From positions 1 through 13,529 of the forward strand of contig JBBIIG010000089.1 of NCBI GenBank assembly GCA_037446635.1: 13,529 nt of DNA, in the 5' to 3' direction. Positions 1 through 7,322 of the stretch are shown one piece after another (within the stretch, counting starts at the first letter, position 1; each line of letters starts with the position of its first letter). This DNA comes from a bacterium (GTDB taxonomy: Bacteria > Zhuqueibacterota > Zhuqueibacteria > Oceanimicrobiales > Oceanimicrobiaceae). The notes under the pieces are model-generated. The model was not told where the DNA came from, made no database searches, and saw only the letters and a program-made list of their open reading frames with translations. The position numbers were made by a program, and so were the translations under genes.

Positions 1-1999
1 AGGTGCCGCTGCCGTCGTTAACGAATACCGAATGTAAATCCTGTGCATTCTGACCGCCCCGAGTAACCACTACTTTCAACTCGTTGCTGGTACACTCTTC
101 TGTAAAAGTTAAGGATTGATTTTGACTGGTGCCGAGGTTGGTGAAATTACTGCTGCCTTCATATCTTACCGACCATTGGTAACTAATGGTGCCGCTGCCG
201 CCGCAAACATTGGCGGTCCACGTGCCCTGAGTGCCAGCTTGAATACTGCCTGGTCCGGAAATGGTAACGCTTAAGGATGGCAGATTAGTTGGAGTGATGC
301 CATGATTGGTTTGAAACGCTGTCAGAATCGCGTTGAGATTGGGCGTTCCATCGCACAGGGTACCGTTGTTATCATCGGCAAGGATGACATTGTTGACGTA
401 TTCTTGGTACGTATCCGGTTTCGGGTTGATCTGCATGGCTTTGAAATTAATCTTGCGAGCAGTGTTTAGAGAAATCAGATTCTCCAAATCCCACATGGCA
501 CCACCCAGAATCTGACCATTATAGTGAGGGCTCTTAGTAGGGTCCAGCGGCATACGGAGACTGTTGGCTAGGTTTCTCGCGTTGCCTCCTATGCCAGAAG
601 TAGTCCACTCAATTACACTATTTTGATTGAGTGATGCCGCAAAATAGTCAGAAATGCCTTCATCCATGGCATCAGCTTCTAGCCCACTAGTGATGTTTCC
701 GATGAAGTTGCCATATATAGCGTAGATAACGTTATGGGTATATTCATGATAGACCACATCGGAGTTTTCCCACCAGCGGCGCCCACTGTTTGAACTGAAT
801 GAGATACGCCTGCCAAATGCCGCGGCATTTGGCACCGTATTATCATTGACCCGCGCCTCCATCTGATAATCCATACCGTTGTAATTGAATGGGGAACCCT
901 TAAAGAAATCGTGAACTTTATTCATGTGATAATAAGCGTTGAAACCGTCGAAGGTATTGGTGAAGGGGAAATTGAAGACATAGCTGCCAGAGGACACAAA
1001 TGAGACCTCTCTTTGCACTTGATTACTCGGATTCTTAATTCTCGCCCAGCTCCCGGCCAGATCGAACCTGAGATAGAAGGTTTGAGTCGCATGGTTGCCG
1101 CTCATGCTGTAATAGCCATTGGCATCAATCTGGTCCGTGGCGACTTGCTGTCCTAACACATTAGTGACTCTTACCGAGTTTAAAGTCTGCGGTGGCAGCG
1201 TTTGCGAGCTGTTATCAGAGTTTGTCGGCCAGACAACTCCATTGATGGTACCACTAACCGACCAGTTCCCCTCGCGCCACAGTGGCTGCGATGCGACTAT
1301 TGCGCCGGAGTGGGCATCCACAAAATGGCGCCATTTTTCACCATTGGCGTTGTCATCAATTTCCACTTTATAGGTTAGGTAATGCCGAATGCCCTGTTTA
1401 GTGCGTTCCGGGTAGATCATCAATTCTGGTTTGCTTATGGCAATTAACGAGTCAATAGTTTCTGGATGAAGCTTTCGAGCCAAAATAAGGGCGTCGTCAG
1501 CCGACAAACTTGGCGTAACCGGAATATCAATGTCCGGATAGCTGTCTGAACCAATCGAAATGATGTCGCCATTCTGGTTGAGAGTAAAACCAAACCGGCC
1601 ATTGAACACCGGCACGCCTTTGTAGATCTGATCAAAGCTGACATACCAGAACTCACCATCACCTTCTGCCTGAACCAGCCGGAACTCCTCCGGATTTACA
1701 CGCAGGATGTCTTTGTAAGATTTCAGTACTCTTGGGGCGTACCGCCGCAGCAGTTGTTCGTGGATATCGGCTCCGCGCAAGATTCGAATCGGCTCTCCTT
1801 GCTGCAAATCGGGAAACATGCCAAGATTTGGGTTGGAGTGCCAGATTCTTCCGGCAACTCCCGTCAGAGAGTCCCGCTCCACCACAACCGCGTTGCCAAA
1901 CTGATCCGTGGTGGTCTCAATCACAGGCGGTTGCGAAAACATGTTGGGTGCAAAATAGAGAAAAGACGCAACCAATAATAATGTAATCTTAATCTTCAT
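1..1999 (-). CDS. Secreted zinc metalloendopeptidase, M36 (fungalysin)/M4 (thermolysin)-like, with FTP/PepSY-type propeptide and a C-terminal PKD/Ig-like domain; 3'-truncated by the window edge
   Basis: Manual translation from ATG 1999 is open for 666 codons to the window edge; it has no stop, so it is not in the ORF track. Signal peptide MKIKITLLLVASFLYFAPNMFS. FTP-like YVSFDQIYKGVPVFNG. PepSY-like YKVEID...RHFVDAHSGAIV. Zinc motif DVVYHEYTHN (HEYTH at 748-734). Third ligand AMDEGISDYFA (EGISD at 661-647). PHYNGQILGGAMWDL follows, then beta-rich SVTISGPGSIQAGTQGTWTANVCGGSGTISYQW. Confidence 0.9.
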   Translation of the reverse strand, partial: MKIKITLLLVASFLYFAPNMFSQPPVIETTTDQFGNAVVVERDSLTGVAGRIWHSNPNLGMFPDLQQGEPIRILRGADIHEQLLRRYAPRVLKSYKDILRVNPEEFRLVQAEGDGEFWYVSFDQIYKGVPVFNGRFGFTLNQNGDIISIGSDSYPDIDIPVTPSLSADDALILARKLHPETIDSLIAISKPELMIYPERTKQGIRHYLTYKVEIDDNANGEKWRHFVDAHSGAIVASQPLWREGNWSVSGTINGVVWPTNSDNSSQTLPPQTLNSVRVTNVLGQQVATDQIDANGYYSMSGNHATQTFYLRFDLAGSWARIKNPSNQVQREVSFVSSGSYVFNFPFTNTFDGFNAYYHMNKVHDFFKGSPFNYNGMDYQMEARVNDNTVPNAAAFGRRISFSSNSGRRWWENSDVVYHEYTHNVIYAIYGNFIGNITSGLEADAMDEGISDYFAASLNQNSVIEWTTSGIGGNARNLANSLRMPLDPTKSPHYNGQILGGAMWDLENLISLNTARKINFKAMQINPKPDTYQEYVNNVILADDNNGTLCDGTPNLNAILTAFQTNHGITPTNLPSLSVTISGPGSIQAGTQGTWTANVCGGSGTISYQWSVRYEGSSNFTNLGTSQNQSLTFTEECTSNELKVVVTRGGQNAQDLHSVFVNDGSGT

Positions 2000-2022
2000 G
2001 TAATCTTCATGGCTTTGTCCTC
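1981..2022 (-). repeat. Short tandem duplication at the protease start creating a 4-codon upstream ORF (MKIT*)
   Basis: Minus strand reads GGAGG-ACAAAGCC-ATGAAGATTAC-ATGAAGATT-AAGATTAC-AT. The SD is 8 nt from ATG 2010, whose frame stops after 4 codons at a TGA overlapping the protease ATG 1999 (ATGA). Confidence 0.75.
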
Positions 2023-2145
2023 CAGTTTAAGGTTTTCATTTTCATGAGTTATTCACCATCAACCAGCACTCAGATAAAGCCTGTGGGCCAGAAATAATGG
2101 TACCGCAAAATATTTGTTGACTTTATCATTTTTATATTTGAAAAT

Positions 2146-2262
2146 TGGTCGAAACAAAAAGGGCAAGCCGCACGGATCTCACGACCGTTGCGAAAAGGCT
2201 CTTTTTGTTGACCATAGGCGTATCGGAAGTCTCTTGCCGGAGTGCTGATACGCCTTTCTTGT
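2146..2262 (+). ncRNA. Candidate structured small RNA or double-hairpin element, antisense to the flanking genes
   Basis: Hairpin 1 at 2146-2214: TGGTC-GA-AACAAAAAGGGC...GCTCTTTTTGTT-GACCA, with inner CGCACGG/CCGTTGCG. Hairpin 2 at 2216-2255: AGGCGTATCGG/CTGATACGCCT, followed by TTCTTGTTATTGTT. The G-U pairs form only on the + strand. TATATT at 2133-2138 lies just upstream. Confidence 0.4.
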
Positions 2263-2291
2263 TATTGTTCTACGCGTTCATTGTGTTACAT

Positions 2292-3232
2292 CTACCATCG
2301 CCAGTCAAGGCTATTCACGTTGTACAATTGCGGGTGGGTGAACAATTGTCTAAGACCCGTGCCATCGTTGTTGATGATATATATGCTATTTTTATCTATC
2401 ATTGCTAACGTATTCCAGGCCAGGAAGGCAATCTGCAAGCCATCTGGTGACCAAACCGCAGCGGATATGATGGTATTCTCCAGCGTGACTATGGATCTTT
2501 TGTTAGAGCCATCCACTTGAATGGTGAACAAACTATCACGGAACGTTGGAGCTAAAAGACGTTCTCTGCTCACATAGGTAATCGACTGGCCATCCGGTGA
2601 AAACCGACCACTTCCGAATTCCCCCCCCTTACAAGCTCGATTCTCGTGCTGTCTTGCAAATCGATCAGACAAATTTTGGATTCGCCTTGCGTAGTTAAGT
2701 CTTCGTGAGCAGTAACCAGCAGAAATCTACTGTCTGGAGACCAGTCGGATACAAAATAATCGGTCGAATCCGGTAATACCCAGGTCGCTGTTTGTCTCGT
2801 GAGGTCAAAGATGACAATATCGCGTTTTCCTCCCCAACCAGGAAAGTCTGTATCGTAGCCGAACGCAATGCGGTTGCCGTCAGGAGAGAACACTGGTCCA
2901 TAACCATGCTCCAGCACTCCACGTTCATTGTTGCCATGTTCTTCCGTAATCACTATGGAAAAAAAATGGTGATTTGGCGTGCGATCTCTGCTGTTGAATA
3001 CGATTTTCTCTCCATCTCGTGACCAACGCGGCGAAAAATTGTTAAAGGAAGACCTCGTTAGCCTGATTAGGCCGCTACCATCCTCATTAATGGCATATAT
3101 TTGGGTATAGTCTCCGCTTTTGGTGGCGAAAATTATCGGGCCAACTTCTCCCAACGGAGCGACTGGATTGTGTTCACAGCTTAAAAAAAGCGACCCGGCG
3201 AAAATCAAATAGAGTATAAAATTTTTTGCCAT
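2292..3232 (-). pseudogene. TolB-like (PD40/WD40-like) beta-propeller lipoprotein, paralogue 2; frameshifted at a G8 tract (phase-off, pseudogene or sequencing error)
   Basis: ORF 3232-2570 matches the N-terminal two-thirds of the neighbouring paralogue. ORF 2672-2292 matches its C-terminal third from GGEFGSGRFSPDG onward. Adding one G to the run at 2621-2628 gives a single 313-aa protein. Lipobox-like LFLSC; repeated (W/F)SPDG motifs. Confidence 0.85.
2621..2628 (-). repeat. G8 homopolymer at the frameshift site
   Basis: C8 on the + strand. Coding strand reads GTA AGG GGG GGG AAT TCG; G9 would read GTA AGG GGG GGG GAA TTC GGA (VRGGEFG), collinear with ITGGEFF of the paralogue. Confidence 0.9.
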
Positions 3233-3274
3233 CTTAAACCCTCTCTGTGGTCAGAGTCTTTCCTCTTTCATATC

Positions 3275-4213
3275 TTACCGTCGCCAATCTAGACTGGCAA
3301 AGCCTATCGTTTCACGCGGGGTGAATACTACTCTGGCTTGAGCGCCGTCGGAGTTGACGAGATAGATTTTCTCCTGCTCTTTTGTTGCTAACGTATTCCA
3401 GGCCCAGAAGGCTATCTGCGACCCATCCGGAGACCATACCGGAGCGGTGATAACGGTATTCTCCAGTGTCAAGATATCTCTTTTGTTTATACCGTTCACT
3501 TGTATGGTGCATAGACTATCGCGAAAACTTATTGCGGAAGGACGTTCTCTACTCACATAAGTAATCGATTCGCCATCCGGTGAAAAGCGCCCGCTGAAGA
3601 ATTCCCCCCCGGTAATAAGCTCAATCCGCGTACTGTCATACAAATCAATGAGACAAATTTTGGATTCAAGTTGCGTCAAATCTTCGTGAGCTGTAACTAA
3701 TAGATATCTGCCGTCTGGAGACCAGTCCGCTACAAAATAATCGCTTGAATTCGGCAATACCAGAGTACCCACTTTTTGCTTCAAATCAAAGATGGCAATA
3801 TCGCGTCTTCCTCCTAAGCCAGGAAATTCTGTGTCATAACGAAACGCGATTCGGTCTCCTTCAGGAGAAAAAACCGGCCCATAACCGTGCTCCAAAACAA
3901 GGCGCTCATTACGACCATGCTTGTCGGCGATGATAATAGAATATAAGTGGCGGTTGGATGTTCGATTCATACTATTGAATACAATCCATTCTCCATCCAG
4001 CGACCAGCGCGCCCAGATGTTGTTGTATGGTGAGGTAGTTAACTTTATTAAACCACTACCATCTTCATTGATGCTGTAGATTTGGCCATATTTTCCACTT
4101 TTAGCGGTGAAAATTATCGGACCAACTTCACCCAACGGCGCAACCGGATTGTGCTCACAACTCCAAAGCAGAAGCGCTGCAAAAGCACCGTTCATAATCA
4201 CAGATTTTGACAT
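3275..4213 (-). CDS. TolB-like (PD40/WD40-like) beta-propeller lipoprotein, paralogue 1
   Basis: 312 aa. SD AGGAG at 4224-4220. Lipoprotein-type signal ...AALLLWSC. PD40-type repeats RWSLDG, VFSPEG, DWSPDG, RFSPDG and VWSPDG. In-frame G7 run at 3604-3610. Confidence 0.88.
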   Translation of the reverse strand: MSKSVIMNGAFAALLLWSCEHNPVAPLGEVGPIIFTAKSGKYGQIYSINEDGSGLIKLTTSPYNNIWARWSLDGEWIVFNSMNRTSNRHLYSIIIADKHGRNERLVLEHGYGPVFSPEGDRIAFRYDTEFPGLGGRRDIAIFDLKQKVGTLVLPNSSDYFVADWSPDGRYLLVTAHEDLTQLESKICLIDLYDSTRIELITGGEFFSGRFSPDGESITYVSRERPSAISFRDSLCTIQVNGINKRDILTLENTVITAPVWSPDGSQIAFWAWNTLATKEQEKIYLVNSDGAQARVVFTPRETIGFASLDWRR

Positions 4214-4398
4214 GCTAAACTCCTAAAATGAAACAGTGGGTGGTGATTTAACTTAGAAGTGTTTCCTCAAAAGTAGTACTTATTTCGTGGATACGGGACC
4301 TTTTCCCTTGCAGTCGATAAGAGGCTCTGGTAAAGGGAGGAGAGACTGATTCCAAAAAAACGACTTTGTTAAGTGCCTATAATTAATTCTTACTTAAT

Positions 4399-4429
4399 AT
4401 TTTAAAAAAAAAAAAAAGCAGAAAGTCAA
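4399..4429 (-). promoter_or_regulatory. Putative sigma70-type promoter with a T14 homopolymer in the spacer
   Basis: Minus strand TTGACT (4429-4424), 19 nt, TAAAAT (4404-4399). The T14 run (A14 at 4404-4417) fills most of the spacer. Confidence 0.6.
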
Positions 4430-4587
4430 GATCAATTTTCAAAATCTTGCGAATGCTACGCACGAATGGCGGCCGTCCCGACCTCAAAGACATCTTCGCT
4501 ATTCCGATTCTTATCGCAGCAGCACGAGAAAAATTTTGTGGAGGAAATCGCTAGCGCGAAGAATTTGAAACGATTCAGTAATGAATG

Positions 4588-5364
4588 TTAAACCTTAATC
4601 AATCCCAGCAAACTGGTAATCAGCAGCATCCCGGACAGGCCTACCATCACGCCCCACGCGGTGAGGCTGCGGCCCCCTTCTTCCAACGCCTCGGGAATGA
4701 GTTCGAGCACCACCAAGTAAATCATGGCGCCGCCGGCGAAACCGAGGCCCACGGCTAACAGCGGCGCAAACAACCACACCGCCAGCGCGGCTGGCACCGC
4801 GGCCAACGGCTGCGGCACACTCGATAAAACGGAGAGCAGCGCGCATTTGAAAAACGACTCTCCCTCCGCGCGCAATGGCAAGGAAATGGCAATTCCCTCC
4901 GGAATATTGTGCACCGAAATCGCCAGCGCGATCAATAAGCCAAAATTAAAATCGCCGGTGGCGAACCCCACGCCAATGGCGACGCCTTCGGGAAACGAGT
5001 GGATCAGCATCGCCATGAAAATCAGCGCCCCGCGCCGGCCGGCTTTTCCACCAAGATTGGCTACTCCCATCTTGCCGTCTTTAAATACCCGATCGACATA
5101 CCAGAAAAAGAGCGCGCCCAACAGCAGTCCTAAAATCACTTCGTAGGGCGCGCTGGGCCGCTCGCCTTTGAGCGCGATGCCTTCCTGCGCCAGCGAAAAC
5201 ACCGAGGCCGAAATCATCATGCCGGCGGCTACGGCGCCGGAAAACGCCCGCACCACTTTGGATTTGTTGCCAACAAACGCCACCGGAATGGCGCCCAAGC
5301 CGGTAGCCAACGCGCTCAGCAGGCCGGTGGTGAACGTCCAAAAAATCAGATCGGCCTTTTCCAC
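4588..5364 (-). CDS. ZIP family divalent metal (zinc) transporter, ZupT/GufA-like
   Basis: 258 aa, multiple hydrophobic helices, ZIP signature motifs IHSFPEGVAIG and HNIPEGIAIS, and AGGAMIYLVVLELIPEA. GTG start 1 nt after the upstream stop. Confidence 0.93.
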   Translation of the reverse strand: MEKADLIFWTFTTGLLSALATGLGAIPVAFVGNKSKVVRAFSGAVAAGMMISASVFSLAQEGIALKGERPSAPYEVILGLLLGALFFWYVDRVFKDGKMGVANLGGKAGRRGALIFMAMLIHSFPEGVAIGVGFATGDFNFGLLIALAISVHNIPEGIAISLPLRAEGESFFKCALLSVLSSVPQPLAAVPAALAVWLFAPLLAVGLGFAGGAMIYLVVLELIPEALEEGGRSLTAWGVMVGLSGMLLITSLLGLIKV

Positions 5365-5365
5365 T

Positions 5366-6649
5366 TTAGTTTTTGTTCAGTTCTTTGGAGAGCTTTTCGA
5401 GGCGGGCGCTGGCTTTGGAAGAGAGCGCATCGTTGGGGTATTTGTCCACCACCAGCCGGTAATATTCGATGGCTTGCTGGAAATCCTTCAGCCGCTTCTC
5501 GTGAATCTCGGCCGCGGCGTAGAGCGCGGTCGCGGCAATCTGGCTTTCGGGATAGAGGCCGTAAACTTTGTAATACACACTAGCGGCGTTAAAATAATCG
5601 TTCAGCCGTTTTTCATAAATTCGCGCGGCCTCGGCCAGGGCGTAGGGCGCTTTCAGATCTTTGGGAAAGTCGCGCACGATTTCACTGTAAACGCGAATCG
5701 CCTGATCGTACTCTTTGAATTTATCTTCGTAAAGCCGCGCCGATTCAAACAAAGCCGGCACTGCCTCCAGGCTACTGGGGTAGCGCTTGGCCACCGCGGT
5801 GTAAGCGTTGATGGCTTCGAGATAGGTTTTCTTCTCCTGCTCTAAAATTTTGGCCATGCGCATTTGCGCGTAAGGCGCTTGCGGGTCGTCGGGGAATTCC
5901 AGCAAAAATTCTTCTAACGTTAGAATCGCATTTTGATGCAGTTTCAATTTCTCGGTGAACAGCTCCGCCATTTTCAATTTGCTGGCGGTGGCGAGCGAAC
6001 TCTGTTTGTGGAGATGGGTCACTTTCAAGTACTCGGCGAGGGCGCGCTCGTGCTGCTGATCTTGGGCCAGCAAGTCCGCTTTCCAAAACAGCACCTCTTC
6101 GGATTTCGGAGACGTTGGAAACTCGTGGAGAAAATCATCGCTCGCGTCAATCAAAAGCCTGGTGATGGCTTCGATATTATATTCGTGCGCGTCGCGCAAA
6201 AAAGTGTAGCGCCGGCCTTCTTGGGTATCTTCCAAAATTTTGGGGTTCAGCACCGTCTCCACTTTATCTTTCACGGTTTTGAACTTGTTGTCCTGAATGA
6301 TCAGCGTCCGCAGTCGATCCTGCGCCACGGCAAGATGTTTGGAATTGGGATAGAAATAAATAAATTGCAAGTGGGCGAAGAACGATTCCACCGGCTGTTT
6401 GTTGTCCGAAAAAATAGACGCCATTTTGAAGTGCATGTCATCGCGGTTGGCGGCGTCGGGAAAACGGCGCAGGTACTCGTTGAGCTCGGCGATAAGAATG
6501 TTGGTAAAATTTTTGGCGGGCAAATTCTCCAGCGAAGCGATGAACGCAGCGTAGTCCGTCTGGGTGTCCGACCCCAGCGCCGGAGCGCCGCTCACCGTCA
6601 GCAGGGCGAGACCAATTAAAATCGACTTCTTAAAAAGCAACGGGCTCAT
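5366..6649 (-). CDS. Exported tetratricopeptide-repeat protein (BamD/CpoB-like TPR repeats)
   Basis: Signal peptide (KKSILIGLALLTVSGAPALG). Many repeats of the type A...Y..VV..(F/Y)P.S..AP.AL. ATG 6649 is preferred over GTG 6661 because GAGGTG lies just upstream of it. Confidence 0.85.
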   Translation of the reverse strand: MSPLLFKKSILIGLALLTVSGAPALGSDTQTDYAAFIASLENLPAKNFTNILIAELNEYLRRFPDAANRDDMHFKMASIFSDNKQPVESFFAHLQFIYFYPNSKHLAVAQDRLRTLIIQDNKFKTVKDKVETVLNPKILEDTQEGRRYTFLRDAHEYNIEAITRLLIDASDDFLHEFPTSPKSEEVLFWKADLLAQDQQHERALAEYLKVTHLHKQSSLATASKLKMAELFTEKLKLHQNAILTLEEFLLEFPDDPQAPYAQMRMAKILEQEKKTYLEAINAYTAVAKRYPSSLEAVPALFESARLYEDKFKEYDQAIRVYSEIVRDFPKDLKAPYALAEAARIYEKRLNDYFNAASVYYKVYGLYPESQIAATALYAAAEIHEKRLKDFQQAIEYYRLVVDKYPNDALSSKASARLEKLSKELNKN

Positions 6650-6665
6650 CGGGCACCTCACCTTT

Positions 6666-7322
6666 TTATTTAAGCGATTTCACGCGATCCAAATCTTCAT
6701 TTTTTCCCATCACCACCAGCAGGTCGCTGTCTTTAATCACATGGCTGGCGGTGGGGATGACCACGACATTTTCCGGGATGATCTCTTTGATGATGATCAC
6801 TTGCACGCCGTATTTGTTGCGCAAATCCAACTCGCCGAGAGTCTTCCCAGTAAAGCTGGCCGGGGGCGCCAAATCGACGATGCTGTAGCCTTCGATGACC
6901 GGCACATAATCGAGGATGTTGGGGTTATCAATGCGCTGGGCGATTTTGTACGCGCTGTCCCGCTCCGGAAAAATGATTTCCGAAACGCCGATCAAATTCA
7001 AAATCTTGGCGTGCTCCTCGGTGAGAACTTTGACGTGAATTTCTTTGCAGCCCAATTCGCGAAGATACAAAACCGCCAGCAAACTGGCGTCGATGCTTTC
7101 GCCGAGGCTGACGATCACCGCGTCGGCGTCCTTCAATCCCAGCTTTTTCAGCGTCTCTTTGTCGGTGGCGTCGGCGATGATGCCTTTTTTGACGTACGGT
7201 TTCACCCGCTCCACGCGCTGCTCATCCGCATCGATGGCAACGATATTGAATTTGCGTTCCGCTAAATACTGCGCCATGTACTGTCCAAACGTGCTCAAGC
7301 CAATGATCACAAATGTTTTCAT
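6666..7322 (-). CDS. ktrA: Ktr/Trk potassium uptake system, RCK (TrkA_N + TrkA_C) regulatory subunit
   Basis: 218 aa. N-terminal Rossmann fold (FVIIGLSTFG...VAIDAD...IADATD), IIFPE, and RCK_C (GKTLGELDLRNKYGVQVI...DLLVVMG). Starts immediately after the ktrB stop (TAA ATG). Confidence 0.92.
   Translation of the reverse strand: MKTFVIIGLSTFGQYMAQYLAERKFNIVAIDADEQRVERVKPYVKKGIIADATDKETLKKLGLKDADAVIVSLGESIDASLLAVLYLRELGCKEIHVKVLTEEHAKILNLIGVSEIIFPERDSAYKIAQRIDNPNILDYVPVIEGYSIVDLAPPASFTGKTLGELDLRNKYGVQVIIIKEIIPENVVVIPTASHVIKDSDLLVVMGKNEDLDRVKSLK

Noticed and set aside
333..1986. Short ORFs 333-515, 1119-1373, 1444-1662, 1732-1986 and 1754-1978
   Set aside because: All lie antisense or out of frame within the metalloprotease CDS and show no motifs.
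2292..2672. 126-aa ORF as an independent gene
   Set aside because: Its first ~15 residues are out-of-frame sequence; the rest is the C-terminal part of the frameshifted propeller gene.
2292..4213. Calling these genes tolB, or a DGR target/template pair
   Set aside because: No TolB N-terminal domain or tol-pal context. No reverse transcriptase, and the differences are not adenine-specific.
4300..4342. Imperfect hairpin CTTTTCCCTT/AAGGGAGGAG in the cassette leader as a riboswitch
   Set aside because: It relies on G-U pairs on the non-coding strand and matches no riboswitch consensus I recognise.
4466..4591. 41-codon + strand ORF (MAAVPTSK...) converging on the ZIP stop
   Set aside because: No SD, no motif, and too short to support.
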